Positions 60,132-64,000 of a stretch of 64,000 nucleotides of DNA are shown in pieces. Under the pieces are notes generated by a model. That model saw nothing but the letters and a program-made list of their open reading frames with translations. It did no database searches and was not told where the DNA came from. Location of the stretch: positions 1,536,136 through 1,600,135 of the forward strand of contig JBJBDC010000001.1 of NCBI GenBank assembly GCA_047285535.1, read 5' to 3'. The position numbers were made by a program, and so were the translations under genes. The DNA comes from Synechococcus sp. GTDB lineage: Bacteria > Cyanobacteriota > Cyanobacteriia > PCC-6307 > Cyanobiaceae. Every line of letters begins with the position of its first letter. Position 1 is the stretch's first letter.

Positions 60132-61370
60132 ATGAGCTTGGCAGGAGTTCGCTTCGAATCACTCAGCAAGACCTATCCGGCCCGTGGGGGAGGGGAACCT
60201 GTTGAGGTGATTCGTGATCTCTCCCTCAGCATCGCTGACGGGGAGTTTCTGGTTCTCGTTGGTCCATCCGGTTGCGGCAAAAGCACACTTCTGCGCCTCA
60301 TGGCAGGACTGGAAGCCCCCAGTGCTGGAGAGATCATGGTGGGAGAGCGACCCGTGTCTGGTCTGAGACCAGCCAAGCGAAATGTGGCGATGGTGTTCCA
60401 AAGTTATGCGCTCTATCCCCATCTGAGCGTTCGCGACAACCTGGCCTTCGGCCTCAGAAGAAGCCAGAGGCGTACGGCCTTGCAACAGCTGCAGGACCAA
60501 CTGCATCGCACCACTCGCCATCTGCCTGGAGCTCTGAGAATCCCCTCACATCGAGAGCAACAGTTAGAAAAACGGGTGGAAGCTGTAGCCCAATCTCTCG
60601 AATTGGATCACTTGCTCGAGCGTCGACCGAAAGAACTATCTGGAGGGCAAAAACAGCGGGTTGCGCTCGGTCGAGCGATGGCCCGCAAACCAGAGGTCTT
60701 CTTGATGGATGAACCTCTCAGCAATCTCGACGCAAAATTGCGTGGGAGCACCAGAGCGCGAATTGTTGACCTCCAGCGACAACTCGGAACCACCACGATC
60801 TATGTGACCCATGACCAAGTAGAGGCGATGACAATGGGTCACCGCATCGCCGTGCTCAATCAGGGACATCTGCAACAGCTGGGTACGCCAATGGAGCTGT
60901 ATCGCTGGCCTTCGAATCTCTTTGTGGCCCAGTTTATTGGCAGCCCACCGATGAATGTGCTCCCCGTGCATGTGGCTTCTGGAGGTGTGTTGATGCTCGA
61001 GGGAAAGCGCTTAAACGTAGAGGGGACCCTGCAAGACATCCTCCCGACCCTGGAAGGCCAGCAGCTGAGTGGAGGGATCCGGCCAGAGCAACTGCGAGTG
61101 GCACCAGCCACAAACCGAAACCTGCCGGCTGAGGTGAGTCACTGTGAAGTCTTGGGGAATGAACAATTACTGACATGCCGTTTGCTGGATGGGAACCATC
61201 TGGTGCAGGTGAGGGCGGCTCCAACGCTGGCCATCTCTACCGGCAGTTCCCTGCACTTAGAAGCCGACCCAGAAGGATGGCGATTGTTTGATTCTGATGG
61301 CGAAGCCATTGCATTCCCGACACCAGCACCACCAGAGATCAACGAACCTCAACTTCCAGAACTGACCTGA
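60132..61370 (+). CDS. Carbohydrate ABC transporter ATP-binding subunit (MalK-like)
   Basis: [44 protein letters not shown]-like C-terminus; start at ATG 60132. Confidence 0.92.
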   Translation: MSLAGVRFESLSKTYPARGGGEPVEVIRDLSLSIADGEFLVLVGPSGCGKSTLLRLMAGLEAPSAGEIMVGERPVSGLRPAKRNVAMVFQSYALYPHLSVRDNLAFGLRRSQRRTALQQLQDQLHRTTRHLPGALRIPSHREQQLEKRVEAVAQSLELDHLLERRPKELSGGQKQRVALGRAMARKPEVFLMDEPLSNLDAKLRGSTRARIVDLQRQLGTTTIYVTHDQVEAMTMGHRIAVLNQGHLQQLGTPMELYRWPSNLFVAQFIGSPPMNVLPVHVASGGVLMLEGKRLNVEGTLQDILPTLEGQQLSGGIRPEQLRVAPATNRNLPAEVSHCEVLGNEQLLTCRLLDGNHLVQVRAAPTLAISTGSSLHLEADPEGWRLFDSDGEAIAFPTPAPPEINEPQLPELT

Positions 61371-61377
61371 GCCAGCA

Positions 61378-63795
61378 TCAGCGCATCCAAACGACACTGC
61401 AACCAGGACCACCATCCCCCTGATCGGCGTCACAGACACGTTCCACATAAGGGAGTGAGTTAAGCCACTGACGTAAGCCACGCTTCAAGCGCCCAGTCCC
61501 AATCCCATGGATCACCCAAACCGGACCATTGGCAGCTCTAAGCACCTCATCCAGAGCAGCTTCGGCTTCATGCACTCTCTGGCCGCGAACATCAACCGTG
61601 TTTCGAGTCGTACGCACCTGAGAGCCTCCGACGCCTTGCCGCGCTTTCACTTGAACAACGGGTTGAGGTGGTGGCGGTGCTCGGCGGCCATCCAAGCTTT
61701 CCACTGAGTGAAGATCCACCGTGCTGCGCATCACTCCACAGCGCACACTCAAGAATTGACCATCGTCTGATATCTCCAAGACCTCTGCCGCTTTATCGAG
61801 TGCGAGCAATCGGATCCGCTCTCCTACAGAAGGACGCCATTCCGGATGAGCACGACGCACTGCTACAGAGCGATGACTGGATTCGAGCTTGCGAAGGCGC
61901 TGGCCTGCACGGCGAGCAGTTTCACCATCAGCCTTCTGATCCCGCAATCGACGAATCAGCTGACGCACCTCTTTTTGCCCCTCACGAATCGAACTCTCCA
62001 AGCGCTGCCGTCCCAACTCCTTCTGCTGAGCAGAATTCTGTCGTTGCTGTTCCCAACGCTTTAGCAGCTCCTCATGAAGCAATTCAGTCCGAGCTAGCAG
62101 TGCAGCCGCATCTTCTGCCGCGGCCTGTTGACGTTGTCGCTGCTCTTCCAAGCCGCGAATCACAGCATTGACATCTCCATCACCACTGGGCTTAAGCAGT
62201 TGCCTTGCTTGTTCAATGACACCGTCATCGAAACCAAGACGGTTGGCAATCGCCAAGGCGTTGCTCCGTCCTGGGATCCCCCAAAGCAGCTGATAGGTGG
62301 GTGAAAGAGAGTCGCTATCAAATGCCACAGAGGCATTCTCAAAGCGCGAATCGCTGTACTTCAATGCTTTGAGCTCGCCAAAGTGTGTTGTGGCAATCGT
62401 GAGGCGTGCGCTATCGGCCAAATGACGAAGCAGCGCGATCGCTAGTGCTGTGCCCTCACTTGGATCGGTGCCCGCACCCACTTCATCAAGCAGCACGAGC
62501 GCTGGAGACGGTCCTGAGACGAGCGATTCAAGAATGCTGCCAATCCTCTTCACGTGTCCGCTGAAGGTAGACAAACTCTGCTGAAGAGACTGTTCATCAC
62601 CAATGTCGGCTAGCACCTGAGCGCACCAGGGAAGTGAAGGACTCCCGCTGCAAGGAATCCACATTCCCGCTCTGGCCATGAGTGCCGCCAAACCAATACT
62701 CTTCAATGTCACTGTCTTGCCACCGGTGTTGGGTCCCGTAATCGCCACAACCCTCAAGTGCTCTGAAACCTCAATACTCACCGGAACAACCGCGGCGCCT
62801 CCCTCTCTGCGCTGCTGCCAAACCAACAATGGATGGCGCAGCTCCAAAATTTGAAATGGAGCATCAACTCGAGCCTCAAGTCGTGGCGGAACCGCCCCAA
62901 GCCACTGGCCATAACGGCCTCTTGCCAAAGACAGATCTAGCTGCAACAGCACCGCCATCAATGCAGCCAGGTCAGCGCTCTGCTCTGAAACGGCAGCGCT
63001 GAGCTCAGCCAAGACGCGCCGTTCCTCATCTCTGATTCGTCCCTCCAGAGCTGCAAGACGATTACCGAGACCGATCACGGCTTTCGGTTCTACAAAAACG
63101 GTATTCCCAGATGCAGAACTATCGTGAACCATGCCTGGACAGTGGGCCGCAGCACCAGCTTTGACCGCTAGTACCGGTCGACCATGACGCTCAGAAATGA
63201 CCGTGTCCTGCAGCAAAGATGCCCATTTCCGCAGCACCGCCTGCAATTGATCACGCCTCTCCTGACGTGCAACCTGCCATTGGCGACGCAAGCCCTCCAG
63301 GGATGGACTAGCTCGGTCCGCAACACGTCCACCCTCTTCAAGGGCAAACTTCAGGCGCTGCTCAAGGTCTGGAAGCGTCGCCACATCTTCCAGCAAAGCT
63401 GTGCACTCAGGTCTTAAGTCCGGATCATTGATCTGACGACGAAGGCGTCGTGCTGCCGCAAGAGTGTCGGCTACAGCTAATAGCTCTTCACCTGACGCAG
63501 TTCCACCCTTGCCGCAGCGGAGCAACACCATCTCAAGATCGTGCACCCCCCGAAAACTCAGACCACCCTCAAGCAGGCCATCCAGACCAGCAAGCTCCAT
63601 ACTTCTGACCTGATAGGTCAGAGTGGTTTCAAGATCGTCTGGAAGCAGGCCCTTCAGACAGTGCTGACGCCCTTGTGAGGTATTGGCAAAGGTTGAGAAG
63701 TGCTCGCACAAACGAGGCCATTCCAACAATTCAAGAGTCTCTTCAAGGATCGAAACTGACGACCTTGTTGAGGCCTCCTCGGATTCGAGGGTCAT
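61378..63795 (-). CDS. mutS2: Endonuclease MutS2
   Basis: TGPNTGGKT, ADIGDEQS..QSLSTFS, DEVGAGTDP.EG, C-terminal Smr domain (IHGIGTG.L). Confidence 0.96.
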   Translation of the reverse strand: MTLESEEASTRSSVSILEETLELLEWPRLCEHFSTFANTSQGRQHCLKGLLPDDLETTLTYQVRSMELAGLDGLLEGGLSFRGVHDLEMVLLRCGKGGTASGEELLAVADTLAAARRLRRQINDPDLRPECTALLEDVATLPDLEQRLKFALEEGGRVADRASPSLEGLRRQWQVARQERRDQLQAVLRKWASLLQDTVISERHGRPVLAVKAGAAAHCPGMVHDSSASGNTVFVEPKAVIGLGNRLAALEGRIRDEERRVLAELSAAVSEQSADLAALMAVLLQLDLSLARGRYGQWLGAVPPRLEARVDAPFQILELRHPLLVWQQRREGGAAVVPVSIEVSEHLRVVAITGPNTGGKTVTLKSIGLAALMARAGMWIPCSGSPSLPWCAQVLADIGDEQSLQQSLSTFSGHVKRIGSILESLVSGPSPALVLLDEVGAGTDPSEGTALAIALLRHLADSARLTIATTHFGELKALKYSDSRFENASVAFDSDSLSPTYQLLWGIPGRSNALAIANRLGFDDGVIEQARQLLKPSGDGDVNAVIRGLEEQRQRQQAAAEDAAALLARTELLHEELLKRWEQQRQNSAQQKELGRQRLESSIREGQKEVRQLIRRLRDQKADGETARRAGQRLRKLESSHRSVAVRRAHPEWRPSVGERIRLLALDKAAEVLEISDDGQFLSVRCGVMRSTVDLHSVESLDGRRAPPPPQPVVQVKARQGVGGSQVRTTRNTVDVRGQRVHEAEAALDEVLRAANGPVWVIHGIGTGRLKRGLRQWLNSLPYVERVCDADQGDGGPGCSVVWMR

Positions 63796-64000
63796 CCGGA
63801 GCGTCCTGCAGAGGCCTCCAACTGATTGGAAGGGATGCCACCTGGAGGTTCGTACAGCATTTCAAGCCAGTTTCCATCTGGGTCCCGAAAGTAAAACGAA
63901 GCGGTGCCATCTCTGTGATCATGCACCGCTCCAACGCTGACGCCAGAGGCTTTTAACCCTTCATGGACAGCATCAACTTCAGAACGATCATGAAAATGAA
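63792..64000 (-). CDS. VOC/glyoxalase family protein (partial, 5' end outside the window)
   Basis: Hand translation ...HFHDRSEVDAVHEGLKASGVSVGAVHDHRDGTASFYFRDPDGNWLEMLYEPPGGIPSN...; stop overlaps the mutS2 ATG. Confidence 0.85.
   Translation of the reverse strand, partial: HFHDRSEVDAVHEGLKASGVSVGAVHDHRDGTASFYFRDPDGNWLEMLYEPPGGIPSNQLEASAGRSG

Overview
This window is bacterial chromosomal DNA from a marine picocyanobacterium. The gene content points to marine Synechococcus (split rpoC1/rpoC2, hli genes, marine-type CP12, BioK-type biotin operon); this assignment is inferred. Most of it is core genome: ccs1, queF, glnB, tlyA, purB, fumC, a DEAH helicase, bioF-bioK-bioC-bioD-bioA, rsmG, rlmN, rpoB-rpoC1-rpoC2, tatD, rpsT, hisD, rpiA, a DegP-type protease, rimP-nusA-ylxR-infB, an ABC-F protein, CP12, obgE and mutS2. 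Two accessory regions stand out. (1) 36963-39908 is a compact four-gene RiPP locus: an orphan lipoprotein substrate-binding protein (GrrP-like), a signal-peptide-bearing Gly-rich precursor with five W/F-x-N motifs (GrrA/OscA-like), a radical SAM/SPASM maturase (GrrM/OscB-like) and an uncharacterised secreted protein. No dedicated peptidase or exporter is present. (2) About 46860-54050 is a gene-poor island downstream of tRNA-Thr(CGT). It holds two tandem hli genes with an identical 17-nt leader, a candidate small RNA with an NtcA-like box, a PepSY-like protein, a DUF389 protein, gene relics and two tandem paralogous secreted proteins. Several small ORFs missing from the supplied ORF track were found by hand translation. 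No CRISPR array, integrase or transposase was seen. All product calls come from motif recognition; no database searches were run.
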